The translations under genes were made by a program, and so were the position numbers. From the NCBI GenBank assembly GCA_035527755.1, contig DATKZX010000002.1, positions 93,277 to 157,276 of the forward strand: 64,000 nucleotides of DNA, written 5' to 3'. Each line of letters opens with the position of its first letter. Position 1 is the stretch's first letter. Below are positions 8,200 through 17,755 of the stretch, one piece after another. Below the pieces are notes generated by a model, which was not told the origin of the DNA, did no database searches, and saw only the letters and a list, made by a program, of their open reading frames with translations. The stretch comes from Methanomassiliicoccales archaeon. GTDB taxonomy: Archaea; Thermoplasmatota; Thermoplasmata; Methanomassiliicoccales; UBA472.

Positions 8200-9651
8200 A
8201 TGAGCTGGAACGGGCCGTTGGAGAAGGTCGACGATTTTCGATGGAAAATACCCCGCTCTTATAAGAAGGGCATGAACGGAGATGCCATCATCTTCGCCGA
8301 CGAACGGATGATCAAGACCATCATTTCTGATAACTCGCCGGAACAGGTGGCCAATGTCGCATGCCTGCCCGGACTTGTCAATAATTCCATGGCCATGCCC
8401 GACATCCACTGGGGCTATGGATTCCCGATAGGTGGCGTTGCGGCCATGGACGCCGAGGAGGGGGTCATCTCCCCCGGCGGTATCGGATTCGACATCAATT
8501 GTGGTGTAAGGCTCATCACCACCAACCTACGGACCGCTGACGTCGTACCTCACATCAAGGAACTGGTAGATGTCATGTTCAAAAACGTTCCCGCCGGGGT
8601 GGGCTCGAAGGGAGTTGTGGACGTGGCTGCGAACCAAATAAGCCGCATCCTGGAGGAAGGGGCGGAATGGGCCGTTTCCGAAGGATACGGCTGGGCGGAG
8701 GACCTGGTGCACACGGAGGAGAACGGCCGTATGAAGAACGCCGATGCATCCAAGGTATCTTCGAAGGCCAAGCAAAGAGGCGTTCCACAGGTCGGCTCAT
8801 TGGGCTCTGGCAATCACTTCCTTGAAGTAGATAAGGTCGAAAAGATCTTTGACCCGGTGGTGGCAAAGGCCTTTGGACTGGAGGAGGGGCAGATCACCGT
8901 TTCCATCCACTGCGGTTCCCGCGGCTGCGGGCACCAGATCGCCACCGATTACCTGCAGGTAATGGAAAGAGCGGTGAAGGATAGCGATCTTCGCCTGCCG
9001 GACAGGCAATTGGCCTGCGCCCCGGTGAATTCTAAGGAGGGACAGGATTACTATGCCGCCATGGCCTGCGGCGCCAATTACGCCTGGGCCAACCGACAGA
9101 TGATAATGCATTGGGTGAGGCAGTCCTTCGAAAAGGTCTTCTCCCGCAGCGCCGAGGACCTGGAGATGAATTTGGTCTACGACGTTGCCCATAACATCGC
9201 CAAGGTGGAGGACCATTTGGTCGACGGAAAGAGGAGGAAGGTATACGTGCACCGGAAGGGCGCCACCAGGGCGTTCCCCAAAGATCATCCCGAGGTGCCA
9301 TCGGTCTATCGTGCCGTCGGTCAGCCTGTCCTCATACCGGGGGACATGGGTACGGGCTCATACGTGCTGGTTGGAACTGAACAGGCCATGCTCGAGTCGT
9401 TCGGTTCCACCTGCCACGGAGCGGGAAGGATCATGTCCCGAGAGGCGGCCATACGCAACTACTCGGTCAAAGCCATCAACCAGGAGATGGAGAGCAAGGG
9501 AATTTACCTGAAGGGGAGCACCAGGGACGGCATCCAAGAAGAGGCCCCGGGGGCCTATAAGGACATAGATGACGTCATCCGCGTGGTCGTCGGGGCCGGA
9601 CTCTCCAGACCGGTGGCCAAATTGACCCCTCTGGGTGTCATGAAAGGTTAA
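8200..9651 (+). CDS. rtcB: RNA-splicing ligase RtcB
   Basis: 483 aa with GGIGFDINCGVR, GSGNHFLE, HCGSRGCGHQ and HRKGATRA motifs. A GGAGGA Shine-Dalgarno lies upstream. Confidence 0.95.
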   Translation: MSWNGPLEKVDDFRWKIPRSYKKGMNGDAIIFADERMIKTIISDNSPEQVANVACLPGLVNNSMAMPDIHWGYGFPIGGVAAMDAEEGVISPGGIGFDINCGVRLITTNLRTADVVPHIKELVDVMFKNVPAGVGSKGVVDVAANQISRILEEGAEWAVSEGYGWAEDLVHTEENGRMKNADASKVSSKAKQRGVPQVGSLGSGNHFLEVDKVEKIFDPVVAKAFGLEEGQITVSIHCGSRGCGHQIATDYLQVMERAVKDSDLRLPDRQLACAPVNSKEGQDYYAAMACGANYAWANRQMIMHWVRQSFEKVFSRSAEDLEMNLVYDVAHNIAKVEDHLVDGKRRKVYVHRKGATRAFPKDHPEVPSVYRAVGQPVLIPGDMGTGSYVLVGTEQAMLESFGSTCHGAGRIMSREAAIRNYSVKAINQEMESKGIYLKGSTRDGIQEEAPGAYKDIDDVIRVVVGAGLSRPVAKLTPLGVMKG

Positions 9652-10970
9652 AGATCGAGTATGGTCCGGGCCGAAGCCTTTTCCACCTTGGCCATATGCT
9701 GCCACGGACAGGATACCATGACCGCCCAGTCGTGCACACCTCGTGACTGCAATGCTTTACCTATAGGGCTAAGGCGGGTGAGCGGCCTCACCCGATCACC
9801 GTTCAATATGGGCACTTCGGTCTTGCCCCGGCGGGCCTCACCGGTTATCAGTTCCCGATGAGGCACGTCCAATATGACCTCGGACGGATCCACCCCGGCC
9901 CTATCGGCTATCATGTTCTCCACATTCTTGCGGGTATGGTAATCAGTAAGTCGTATGAGCTGCTCCACCTCATCATCGCCCAGGTCCGAGATGAACAACG
10001 AATAGGCGCGTTTGTAGAGCTGGCGATATTTGAGCATGGTCACGATCCTCTGCGATCGCCCTCCCTGCTTCATCAATCGTTCGGTCAACGAGGCATCGTT
10101 CAATTTCTGCAGCTGATCGGCAACGCTGTCATCGGCGAGCTCCACGGCCTTGCATAGCATCATCTCGGCAATGCGTACGGTCTTGTGAAAGTAGACCGAA
10201 GTGTACATGAGCGCCCTTGCCACCATTAGCCCTTCCGCCGCCACCATGCCGTTCTTGCGCACCACGATGTCGCCGTGATGCAGGGCGATGGTCTGTATGA
10301 TCCGGTCTATGTCGATCGTTCCATGAGCGACACCAGTGTAATGAGCATCCCTCAACAGATAGTCCATCTGGTCCGCGTCCACCGGACCGTGTATCATCTG
10401 ATGGAGGTATTCAGGTTGATTGAAATGCGCTTGCCCGTCCTGTTCCATCAGCAGGCTCTGACCCATGCGACCTCGATGTCCGGGGGAGATGATGATGTCC
10501 GATACCGCCTTCGCCGATATCCCAGCCCGCTCCAGCACTTCAGCGATGGGAGGAAAGGGAGCTAGGTGCTCCCTTTCCTCATCTAGGCATACGGTCCTTT
10601 CCCCGTTGATAAGGGAAACACCCACTTCGGTGTGGTCCAGGGAGAAGCGGTTCTCCAGAACTTCCTCCAAGGTGTGGGAGAACGGGGCGTGCCCAAGATC
10701 GTGAAGCAATGCGGCGGCCAATACCTTGTTCCTGTCCTCACTCCCCAGGTCCAATGCCTCGCACATCAAGCTTGTCACGTGATAGGTGCCCAGGGAATGC
10801 TCGAATCGGGTGTGATTTGCTCCGGGAAAGACCAAATAGGCCAGCCCTAGCTGCTTGACCCCGTGCAGTCTCTGCAGTTCTGGACGAAGCAACAGCTCTA
10901 AAAAGACACCTTTCACCTTGACGCTGCCGTGCACGCTATCGTGAACTATCTTCTGCTCAGGCACGGACAT
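9648..10970 (-). CDS. HD-domain phosphohydrolase (dNTP triphosphohydrolase / SAMHD1-like family)
   Basis: RFEHSLGTYHV..AALLHDLGHAPFSH..DQMDYLLRD motifs. Confidence 0.8.
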   Translation of the reverse strand: MSVPEQKIVHDSVHGSVKVKGVFLELLLRPELQRLHGVKQLGLAYLVFPGANHTRFEHSLGTYHVTSLMCEALDLGSEDRNKVLAAALLHDLGHAPFSHTLEEVLENRFSLDHTEVGVSLINGERTVCLDEEREHLAPFPPIAEVLERAGISAKAVSDIIISPGHRGRMGQSLLMEQDGQAHFNQPEYLHQMIHGPVDADQMDYLLRDAHYTGVAHGTIDIDRIIQTIALHHGDIVVRKNGMVAAEGLMVARALMYTSVYFHKTVRIAEMMLCKAVELADDSVADQLQKLNDASLTERLMKQGGRSQRIVTMLKYRQLYKRAYSLFISDLGDDEVEQLIRLTDYHTRKNVENMIADRAGVDPSEVILDVPHRELITGEARRGKTEVPILNGDRVRPLTRLSPIGKALQSRGVHDWAVMVSCPWQHMAKVEKASARTILDL

Positions 10971-11020
10971 GGTCGGTATGAAAATTCGTGGTTATGGTGA
11001 ATAAAGGAAAGAGAGGACGA

Positions 11021-11398
11021 TTACTGGTAACCGCCCTTTATCTTCTTCCTGTCGATCCGGATACCGTTTGGCGCCACCACGATGAAGTTATTACCGATCG
11101 CGGCGACGTCACCGTTAGTGTCCCGGGCCACCGCCTTCAGTTCGTTGGTGATCCTTTTCAGGGTGTTCTGATCGTTAGCGATGGGGGAATAATCGATCAT
11201 CAGAATGTTGCCTTGATAAACTGGCTGGGTAATGGGACCCACATCCTCATAACGGTAGATCTCGGCCACCTTGATGCCCCCGGCGGAGATGCTGCTCTCC
11301 TCCTGGAAGTACAGCGCACCAAGATCGATGTACTGGTCGGTCTCTACGCTCTTGACCTCTTCCTTCCCCTTTCCCAGCGGTTTCTTGAGAATCGGCAT
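11021..11398 (-). CDS. sepF: cell-division protein SepF (archaeal type)
   Basis: 125 aa. The C-terminal domain IKVAEIYRYEDVGPITQPVYQGNILMIDYSPIAND..AAIGNNFIVVAPNGIRI matches the SepF/DUF552 pattern. Confidence 0.8.
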   Translation of the reverse strand: MPILKKPLGKGKEEVKSVETDQYIDLGALYFQEESSISAGGIKVAEIYRYEDVGPITQPVYQGNILMIDYSPIANDQNTLKRITNELKAVARDTNGDVAAIGNNFIVVAPNGIRIDRKKIKGGYQ

Positions 11399-11481
11399 TG
11401 CATCCCTCGGTTGGCCTTGTTATGGTGTGTTATTGATATTAATTTATCGCACACCCCAGAATGGATTTCGGAAGATGACCG

Positions 11482-11988
11482 TCAACGTTCGTCGTACTTC
11501 CATACCTTATCACCCACGAAATGGAGGTTCTTGATGGCCTTCCCAGATGACCTCGCGGCCATGACCTCGGCGGAGACCAGCGCCCTACCCACGGCCAAGG
11601 GCCGTTTGTGCGTGACATCCCTTATCCAGACCATATCCCCTTCCTTTACTTGGGGATCGACCTCGACTATGCCGGGGGTCATGACGTCTGCACCATTGGT
11701 GACGAAAGGTACCGCCCCCATGTCCACGGTGACATAGCGTTGCAACACATTGCGCTTCAAAAGCCCGCGCACCGTTAGGAAGGGCTTCCCTTCTACGATG
11801 AGGCCTTCGATGACGTTGTTGATGAACACTAGTTCGTAATCCGGTCCTGCTGCGATGTCTACGGTGTCCTTGAGAGCCAACACCTCTACCCCGGTGGCGG
11901 ATGACAGACCATCCGACAGGGCTTTCAATTCCTTCTCCCGTAAACGCTTGCGCTTCCTGACCCTGATCTCGCTCATGTCAGTTGCCAT
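11482..11988 (-). CDS. PUA-domain RNA-binding protein
   Basis: The C-terminus VTNGADVMTPGIVEVDPQVKEGDMVWIRDVTHKRPLAVGRAL..GKAIKNLHFVGDKVW is a typical PUA domain. Confidence 0.75.
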   Translation of the reverse strand: MATDMSEIRVRKRKRLREKELKALSDGLSSATGVEVLALKDTVDIAAGPDYELVFINNVIEGLIVEGKPFLTVRGLLKRNVLQRYVTVDMGAVPFVTNGADVMTPGIVEVDPQVKEGDMVWIRDVTHKRPLAVGRALVSAEVMAARSSGKAIKNLHFVGDKVWKYDER

Positions 11989-12060
11989 AACACAGCAATT
12001 GCCAATTAACTTTATGCCTTATTATCAATCTTCAACTGGCTAGAAGATAAATTCATATCC

Positions 12061-12900
12061 GTGAAAATATCTGCGTGGCCTATGAAGCTGCCCTTGGTAG
12101 CCGTGCGTTTAGGAATCCTGGCTATTAAATTGATCGCGTTAATGATCATCATATTGAGCATCCTGCCACTTATGAACGGCGGTATCGATGTCAACTTCGA
12201 CACTGCGAACGACAGTGACTGGAGCTATACTAGCACATCTCTGAGTCTGGACTCCCCATTGACCGTTACGAACAATGGTTTCTATGACATAAACGACCTG
12301 ACGATCGGGTTCACCTTCCTTGGCGAGGACGGAGAGGTCCTGGCTGAAAGTACCAGTGACAGTATGGACATTCCCGCGGGAAAGGAGACCGAGCTACGGG
12401 TCCGAATGACCTTGGACCTGGACGATCTGACCCAGAACGTATTGTCAGACATTGTCTTCAACGGTACCCGCATGGAGTTCGTGGTAGAGGTTTCGGCCAA
12501 GTACAGCATGGACCTGGTGCGGATCAGCGTGGAAGGTGGGACCGACCTGTCCTGGCAACCTATGCTCTCTAACCTGGATATCATGAACGAATACTCACGT
12601 TTGATGTCCGATGGATCCAACCATTCCCTTTCCATCCCCTACACCTTCTATGCTCAGGACCTCATCCAAGGACAACCGGTCATGGTATTGACCCAGTTCA
12701 GTGATTCTCATGGATACATGACCAACTTGACCCAGGTGATCGACGCTCGAGACAACGTCTATGAAGAGGCCGTTGTCCCGATCACACAGGAGGTTTATGA
12801 TAGGATGACGAGCGGTCCCGAGGAGCTGACCGTCAGCGTGACCCTGGTGTTCCTAGGGTGTTCAAATACCGTGACCGAGACATGGGGGTGGTCGTCGTGA
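12061..12900 (+). CDS. hypothetical N-terminally anchored envelope protein (possible tandem LEA_2-like beta-sandwich repeats)
   Basis: Has a signal-anchor helix, LGILAIKLIALMIIILSILPL. The ectodomain contains patterns such as VTNNGFYDINDLTIGFTF..IPAGKETELRVRM. I did not recognise a confident family. Confidence 0.5.
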   Translation: MKISAWPMKLPLVAVRLGILAIKLIALMIIILSILPLMNGGIDVNFDTANDSDWSYTSTSLSLDSPLTVTNNGFYDINDLTIGFTFLGEDGEVLAESTSDSMDIPAGKETELRVRMTLDLDDLTQNVLSDIVFNGTRMEFVVEVSAKYSMDLVRISVEGGTDLSWQPMLSNLDIMNEYSRLMSDGSNHSLSIPYTFYAQDLIQGQPVMVLTQFSDSHGYMTNLTQVIDARDNVYEEAVVPITQEVYDRMTSGPEELTVSVTLVFLGCSNTVTETWGWSS

Positions 12901-13997
12901 ACGTCGGGGAGTTCTCCTGGAAACACGCCAACCTGAACAAGGGGATCGTGTCAGCGGCCTTGCACGGAGTGAAGTATCTGGTGCTGCCGCTGGTGCTCAT
13001 CATGTTCGCTAGCACAGCCCTCTCCAATTTTGATGCTCCTCGGGCCATTGAAACCATGCTGCTGGAGATACAGACCCTGGTGCTGATCTTCGGCACGGTC
13101 CTGCTGGTGCTGGGATTCTTCAAAGGCGCATACCCAAAGGGCAGCTATTCACGTCTGACCTTCGGCATGACCGTGGCGGTGCTGGCGATCTTCTATGCGT
13201 TCAGCCTGCTGCTCGATGGTCGCCTGGAGGAGGAACTGGCCGATGCCATGTTCGAGCTGGACCTATACCTGCTGTTCGCCCTCTATTTCATCGGAGCGGC
13301 CTTCAATGTCCTGGTGCAGTTCGGTGAGTTCGTCGATCATCGCCGCTCTTGGATGGAGGGTACGGAGCATTCGATCCCCCAAGAGAAGGAAGATCCCAAG
13401 GAGCACCGTTGGATTCACGATTTCCGGATAAGATATGGCAGTCTGTTCAACGGTTTGCGGTTGTCGAGGAGAAACCTGATAGGTTTCGTCATCATACCCC
13501 TGGTCTTCGTGATCGTCCTGAAGGCGGCCCTTTCCAGCATAGACCTTGAACAATTGGACCAGCTGGCGTCCAGGCTAGACAGCGTGGCGACCTTCATGCT
13601 GATGCTGGGACTGCCCATAACAGCCCTCGCCTTCTTCAAGGGCTTCTATCCCAAAGGGTCCGTTTCCCGCTTCCTGCCGGCGCTGGGCATGGTGCTCATC
13701 TGCCTGTACTGGATATGGGTGTTGGGATTGGAAGGGAGACTAGCCGTCGATGTCATGGACGGCGTAGTGTTCGGTCTTGACTATTCGGGACTGCTGCTCA
13801 TCATAATGTGCGGCACAGCCCTCTGGATCGTATATTACATCCTTGAACTGTGGCTCTACCGCCCGGAATGGAAAGATGGTGGGTTCCAGAAGGACATCGG
13901 AAAGAAAAAGGAGAGACAGAAGAAAAGGAAGGATAAGGACGATGAAAGCGCTGAAGTGATCGAAACGGCCACTTCAGTAGTGAAGAACGATCCGTAA
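12882..13997 (+). CDS. hypothetical polytopic membrane protein built from an internal duplication, with a Lys/Asp-rich tail
   Basis: The two halves align: LGFFKGAYPKGSYSRL..LLLDGRL..ELDLYLLF versus LAFFKGFYPKGSVSRF..LGLEGRL..GLDYSGLL. Candidate starts are GTG 12858, ATG 12882 and GTG 12897, the last forming a GTGA overlap with the upstream stop. Confidence 0.55.
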   Translation: MGVVVVNVGEFSWKHANLNKGIVSAALHGVKYLVLPLVLIMFASTALSNFDAPRAIETMLLEIQTLVLIFGTVLLVLGFFKGAYPKGSYSRLTFGMTVAVLAIFYAFSLLLDGRLEEELADAMFELDLYLLFALYFIGAAFNVLVQFGEFVDHRRSWMEGTEHSIPQEKEDPKEHRWIHDFRIRYGSLFNGLRLSRRNLIGFVIIPLVFVIVLKAALSSIDLEQLDQLASRLDSVATFMLMLGLPITALAFFKGFYPKGSVSRFLPALGMVLICLYWIWVLGLEGRLAVDVMDGVVFGLDYSGLLLIIMCGTALWIVYYILELWLYRPEWKDGGFQKDIGKKKERQKKRKDKDDESAEVIETATSVVKNDP

Positions 13998-14017
13998 TGG
14001 GGGTCAGCACAGACCGC

Positions 14018-15313
14018 TCACAACTGCGGCGGTGTGAAGACCCCCTCACGATCTTCATCGTCCCGACCTCGATCCTTCCTCAGAAGCTGGACCTCCATGT
14101 AGGCCCAGCTGATGAAACAGATGCTGATGGCGCTGATCAGGATCACCATCGAGAATTGTATGATGTCACTGTGGAACATCGTCATTATCAACAGCTGGAA
14201 ACCGGTGAAAACGCTCAGAATGATAATGTAGGCGTAATGGTCCGTTGCCAGCCCATAAAAGAGGAACAGCTGGGCCAGACATAGGAAGAACATGGCCACG
14301 CCTAGGATGCGCAACGCCGGAGCCGCTGGAACGTACTGTGCCCCATACAACAGGTCCAAGGTGAGTTCCGGGAATAGGAAGAACCCCAGGGCCGTAATCC
14401 CGCCCAGCAGAAGGACGTACATTATCGATCGCCTCATTATGCCGATGGTCCGCTTCCCCTGGGAATGGGCCTCGGACACCTTGGAGAACATGACCAAGCT
14501 CACGGCGGCTGGTAGCCATAGGGATATTTTCCCTAGCATGGAGGCTGCCGAGTAAAGCGATGCGTCGTAGTAGGAGAAGAAGTTACGGGCCAGAAACGTG
14601 TCCACGTTGGTTATGACCGTAAAGCAAAGCATGCCTATGGTCACCGGTACCAAATAGACCAAGATAGGGCGGGCGGGGAAGGCGATCTTCTCTATCTTGA
14701 TGTGTTTCCTAAGCGCGTAGAAGACCAGTATTACGGCCAGCAGTCCTCCCACCATTACCCCCCCGAAGGCCCCGCTGACCCCCATGCCGGCCATGACCAG
14801 TATGATACCGAACGCCAGCTTTCCCAACGGCCCCACCAGGTTGAATGCGCTGAGCGCCCCGAAGCGCTGCAGCCCCTGGAGGGTGCCGGTGCCTACCGGT
14901 CCCACCATGGTCACCACGATGCCTACCATCAGGATGAAGATGGGAAGCCACGAGCTAAGGGACAAAAAGGAGACCAGTTGGGGCGACAATAGAAAGAGCC
15001 CTATGGCCATCACTCCTCCGAGCACCAACGAGGCCCAGAACGCCCGGTTCATGAGCCATGCTATCTGTCCTTCCTGGCCTTCGGCCATGAATCGTGAGAC
15101 ATAACGGGCGATGGCCGTACCTATGGTCTGGACAGGGACCGAAAGAATGTAGAAGATCGACAGAAGGGCGGTCAATGCCGAGTAGTCTTCGGTCCCGAGC
15201 GCCCGACCCATGAGTATCTGATACAGGTAATTTGCCGCGCCCCCGATAAACGTGGCAATGAACAATATCATGGTCGGACGGGCCATGGGGTCCGATCTCC
15301 AAAAGGAGGGCAA
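14018..15313 (-). CDS. MOP-superfamily polysaccharide/oligosaccharide flippase (Wzx-like)
   Basis: 431 aa with about 12 hydrophobic helices. The N-terminal pattern is FIGGAANYLYQILMGRALGTEDYSAL. Confidence 0.7.
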   Translation of the reverse strand: MPSFWRSDPMARPTMILFIATFIGGAANYLYQILMGRALGTEDYSALTALLSIFYILSVPVQTIGTAIARYVSRFMAEGQEGQIAWLMNRAFWASLVLGGVMAIGLFLLSPQLVSFLSLSSWLPIFILMVGIVVTMVGPVGTGTLQGLQRFGALSAFNLVGPLGKLAFGIILVMAGMGVSGAFGGVMVGGLLAVILVFYALRKHIKIEKIAFPARPILVYLVPVTIGMLCFTVITNVDTFLARNFFSYYDASLYSAASMLGKISLWLPAAVSLVMFSKVSEAHSQGKRTIGIMRRSIMYVLLLGGITALGFFLFPELTLDLLYGAQYVPAAPALRILGVAMFFLCLAQLFLFYGLATDHYAYIIILSVFTGFQLLIMTMFHSDIIQFSMVILISAISICFISWAYMEVQLLRKDRGRDDEDREGVFTPPQL

Positions 15314-15412
15314 CCTCGGTACATTGGGGGAGACCTAGATAATCATTACCCGAGACTGGATGGAACGTTTTTTAAATACGTCGTTTATCATTCAATTCCA
15401 GGGAACGAAATA

Positions 15413-16675
15413 ATGAGAGTCTCCGTAATCGGGTCCGGGTATGTGGGGCTGGTCTCCGGTGTTTGCTTCGCTGAGCTTGGCCATACCGTGGTCTGCATCG
15501 ACACCATAAAGGAGAAGGTGGACAGCATCAACGCTGGCGTCCCTCTGATATTTGAAGAGGGACTTGAAGAGCTGATGCGCAAGCATCTGGACGACGAAAG
15601 CTTCCGAGCCACCCGAGACCTATCCGCGGTAATCGACTCCGATGTGACGTTCCTCTGTGTCGGTACCCCTTCCCGGGAGGACGGTTCAATAGACCTGCGG
15701 TACGTGCTGCAGGCGGTGGAGGACCTGGGGACCATTTTACGGAAAAAAGAGGGAAGACACGTGCTGGTGGTCAAGAGCACGGTTCTGCCTACCACGACCA
15801 ATGATAAGGTCATCCCACTGCTTGTCCGGGCATCAAGGAAGAGCATCGGAGACCAGCTGGGGGTGGCCATGAACCCGGAGTTCCTTAAGGAAGGTGTAGC
15901 GATCACTGACTTCCTGAACCCGGACCGTGTGGTCATCGGTGCCACTGACGATAGGACGTTCCATGAGGTGGCCTCGTTGTACGGGCGGATAAAGGCCCCG
16001 ATCCTGCGGACGGACCTTTCAACGGCGGAGATGATCAAGATGGCTTCCAACGCATTCCTGGCAGCCAGGATCTCCCTGGTGAACGAGCTGGGCAATCTGA
16101 GCAAGCTCCTGGGGATGGATTTCAGAGAGGTGGCCAAAGGGGTCGGACTTGATCCACGTATTGGTCCGCAGTTCCTGCGGGCAGGTTGCGGCTTCGGAGG
16201 CTCCTGTTTTCCCAAGGACATCAAGTCGATAAGGGCCCATGCCAGAGAACTGGGGGTTCCCACCGACATGCTGGACGCGGTGCTTTCCGTTAACAATAGG
16301 CAACCACTGCGCATGGTCGAGATATTGGAAAGAGAGATGGACCTGGAGGGAAAGACCGTGGCCGTCCTGGGACTGGCCTTCAAGCCCGGCACCGACGACA
16401 TCCGGGAGGCGAGCTCCCTGACGGTGGTGAAGGAACTGCTGAGGAAGGGTGTCAAGGTCCGAGCCCACGACCCTCGGGCCATCCCCAACTTCAGGCGTCT
16501 ATTCCCGGGGATCACCTATTGCGATAGTGCCGAGGAATGTCTAAGTGAGGCGGACGCGGCGCTCATCCTCACCGAGTGGAAGGAGTACGCCGATCGGGTT
16601 CTTTACGGCGACATGCTCGTGGTTGACGGCCGGGGCATCACGAAGACTAATAACTATCAAGGGATATGCTGGTAG
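15413..16675 (+). CDS. ugd: nucleotide-sugar 6-dehydrogenase, most likely UDP-glucose 6-dehydrogenase
   Basis: MRVSVIGSGYVGLVSGVCFAELGH Rossmann fold, GFGGSCFPKD catalytic Cys motif, and a C-terminal UDP-binding domain. It sits adjacent to galU. Confidence 0.88.
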   Translation: MRVSVIGSGYVGLVSGVCFAELGHTVVCIDTIKEKVDSINAGVPLIFEEGLEELMRKHLDDESFRATRDLSAVIDSDVTFLCVGTPSREDGSIDLRYVLQAVEDLGTILRKKEGRHVLVVKSTVLPTTTNDKVIPLLVRASRKSIGDQLGVAMNPEFLKEGVAITDFLNPDRVVIGATDDRTFHEVASLYGRIKAPILRTDLSTAEMIKMASNAFLAARISLVNELGNLSKLLGMDFREVAKGVGLDPRIGPQFLRAGCGFGGSCFPKDIKSIRAHARELGVPTDMLDAVLSVNNRQPLRMVEILEREMDLEGKTVAVLGLAFKPGTDDIREASSLTVVKELLRKGVKVRAHDPRAIPNFRRLFPGITYCDSAEECLSEADAALILTEWKEYADRVLYGDMLVVDGRGITKTNNYQGICW

Positions 16676-16678
16676 GAC

Positions 16679-17548
16679 ATGAAAGCAGTGATCCCTGCGG
16701 CCGGATGGGGCGTACGTTTTCTTCCTCTGACGAAGGAGCAGCCGAAGGAGATGCTCCCGGTCATCGACAAACCGGTCATACAGTACGTGGTGGAAGAGGC
16801 GGTCGAAGCCGGCATCGAGGACATCATCATCGTCACCGGTCGGCACAAACGGACCATAGAAGACCATTTCGATCATTCCTTCGAGCTGGAGGCCATTCTG
16901 CAGAACGGCAATCGCCGCGAGCATTTGGAGAAGATTAAGGACCTATGCAACCTGGCGAACCTCCATTACATACGTCAGAAGGAACCAAAGGGACTGGGGG
17001 ATGCGGTCTACCAGGCCAGGCATCATGTGGGGAACGAACCTTTCGCCGTCATGCTCGGCGACACCATACACGTGTCCGACGTTCCAGTGGTCAAACAGTT
17101 GATGGATGTACACGCGCGCACCGGAAAATCGGTCATCGCGGTGGAAAGGGTCCCGGGAGAGAAGGTCAAGGACTATGGGGTGCTGGACGCCGTCAAGGTG
17201 GAGGACCGCTTGTACGAGATAAACGACCTGGTGGAAAAGCCATCGCCGGCCGAGGCGCCCTCGGACCTATGCATCGCCGGCACGTACGTGCTCACTCCAG
17301 GCATATTCGAGTGCATAGAGAGGACCAAACCTGGTCACAACGGTGAACTGCAGCTCACCGATGCCCTTAGATTATTGAGGGAGAAGGAGGGTATGCTGGC
17401 CTGGGAGTTCTCGGGCAAGCGATATGACATCGGTGACATTCCGGGATGGATCACCTCACAGTTCGAGCTGGCCCTTAAGCATCCTCAGTACGGAGAGCAG
17501 ATAAAGACATTCCTGCGCGATCTAAACAAACGAGAGCCGTTCCTATGA
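16679..17548 (+). CDS. galU: UTP--glucose-1-phosphate uridylyltransferase
   Basis: KAVIPAAGWGVRFLPLTKEQPKEMLPVIDKPVIQYVVEEA, then GLGDAV and GKRYDIGD motifs. Confidence 0.9.
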   Translation: MKAVIPAAGWGVRFLPLTKEQPKEMLPVIDKPVIQYVVEEAVEAGIEDIIIVTGRHKRTIEDHFDHSFELEAILQNGNRREHLEKIKDLCNLANLHYIRQKEPKGLGDAVYQARHHVGNEPFAVMLGDTIHVSDVPVVKQLMDVHARTGKSVIAVERVPGEKVKDYGVLDAVKVEDRLYEINDLVEKPSPAEAPSDLCIAGTYVLTPGIFECIERTKPGHNGELQLTDALRLLREKEGMLAWEFSGKRYDIGDIPGWITSQFELALKHPQYGEQIKTFLRDLNKREPFL

Positions 17549-17555
17549 TGTTCGA

Positions 17556-17578
17556 CCTACGCTCGTTCATCGCGTAGG
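17556..17578 (+). terminator. hairpin CCTACGC-(9 nt)-GCGTAGG just after the galU stop
   Basis: Perfect 7-bp stem 8 nt downstream of the stop. No T-run follows, so a terminator role is uncertain. Confidence 0.3.
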
Positions 17579-17755
17579 GTTCTAACCGCACCGCGGCCGG
17601 AGTATAACGCGGAACAGGTTCTTCCGAAAGGACCGGTGATCAAAGGACCAGAGGCGGATGGACCACAACTTCATCTCTCCAGTGATTTTTTGGAAAAGAT
17701 GGGAATTATGCTAACCAAGGTTGACGAATATTTCCACTGAACGGGGACATTATTA

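Noticed and set aside
15388-16515. Long ORFs lying antisense to, or frame-shifted within, confidently identified genes. Examples: 15388..16515 opposite ugd, 21048..21854 and 21473..21955 opposite acs, 23210..24415 inside the flippase gene, 37250..37888 and 37603..38481 opposite trpB/trpA, 57215..57841 opposite rmlC, 8797..9288 opposite rtcB, and 46240..46845 opposite wecB.
   Set aside because: Their translations are low-complexity Arg/Pro/Gly/His-rich strings with no recognisable motifs. The opposite or alternate frame carries complete textbook enzyme motifs. Stop-poor shadow frames of this kind are expected in GC-rich coding DNA.
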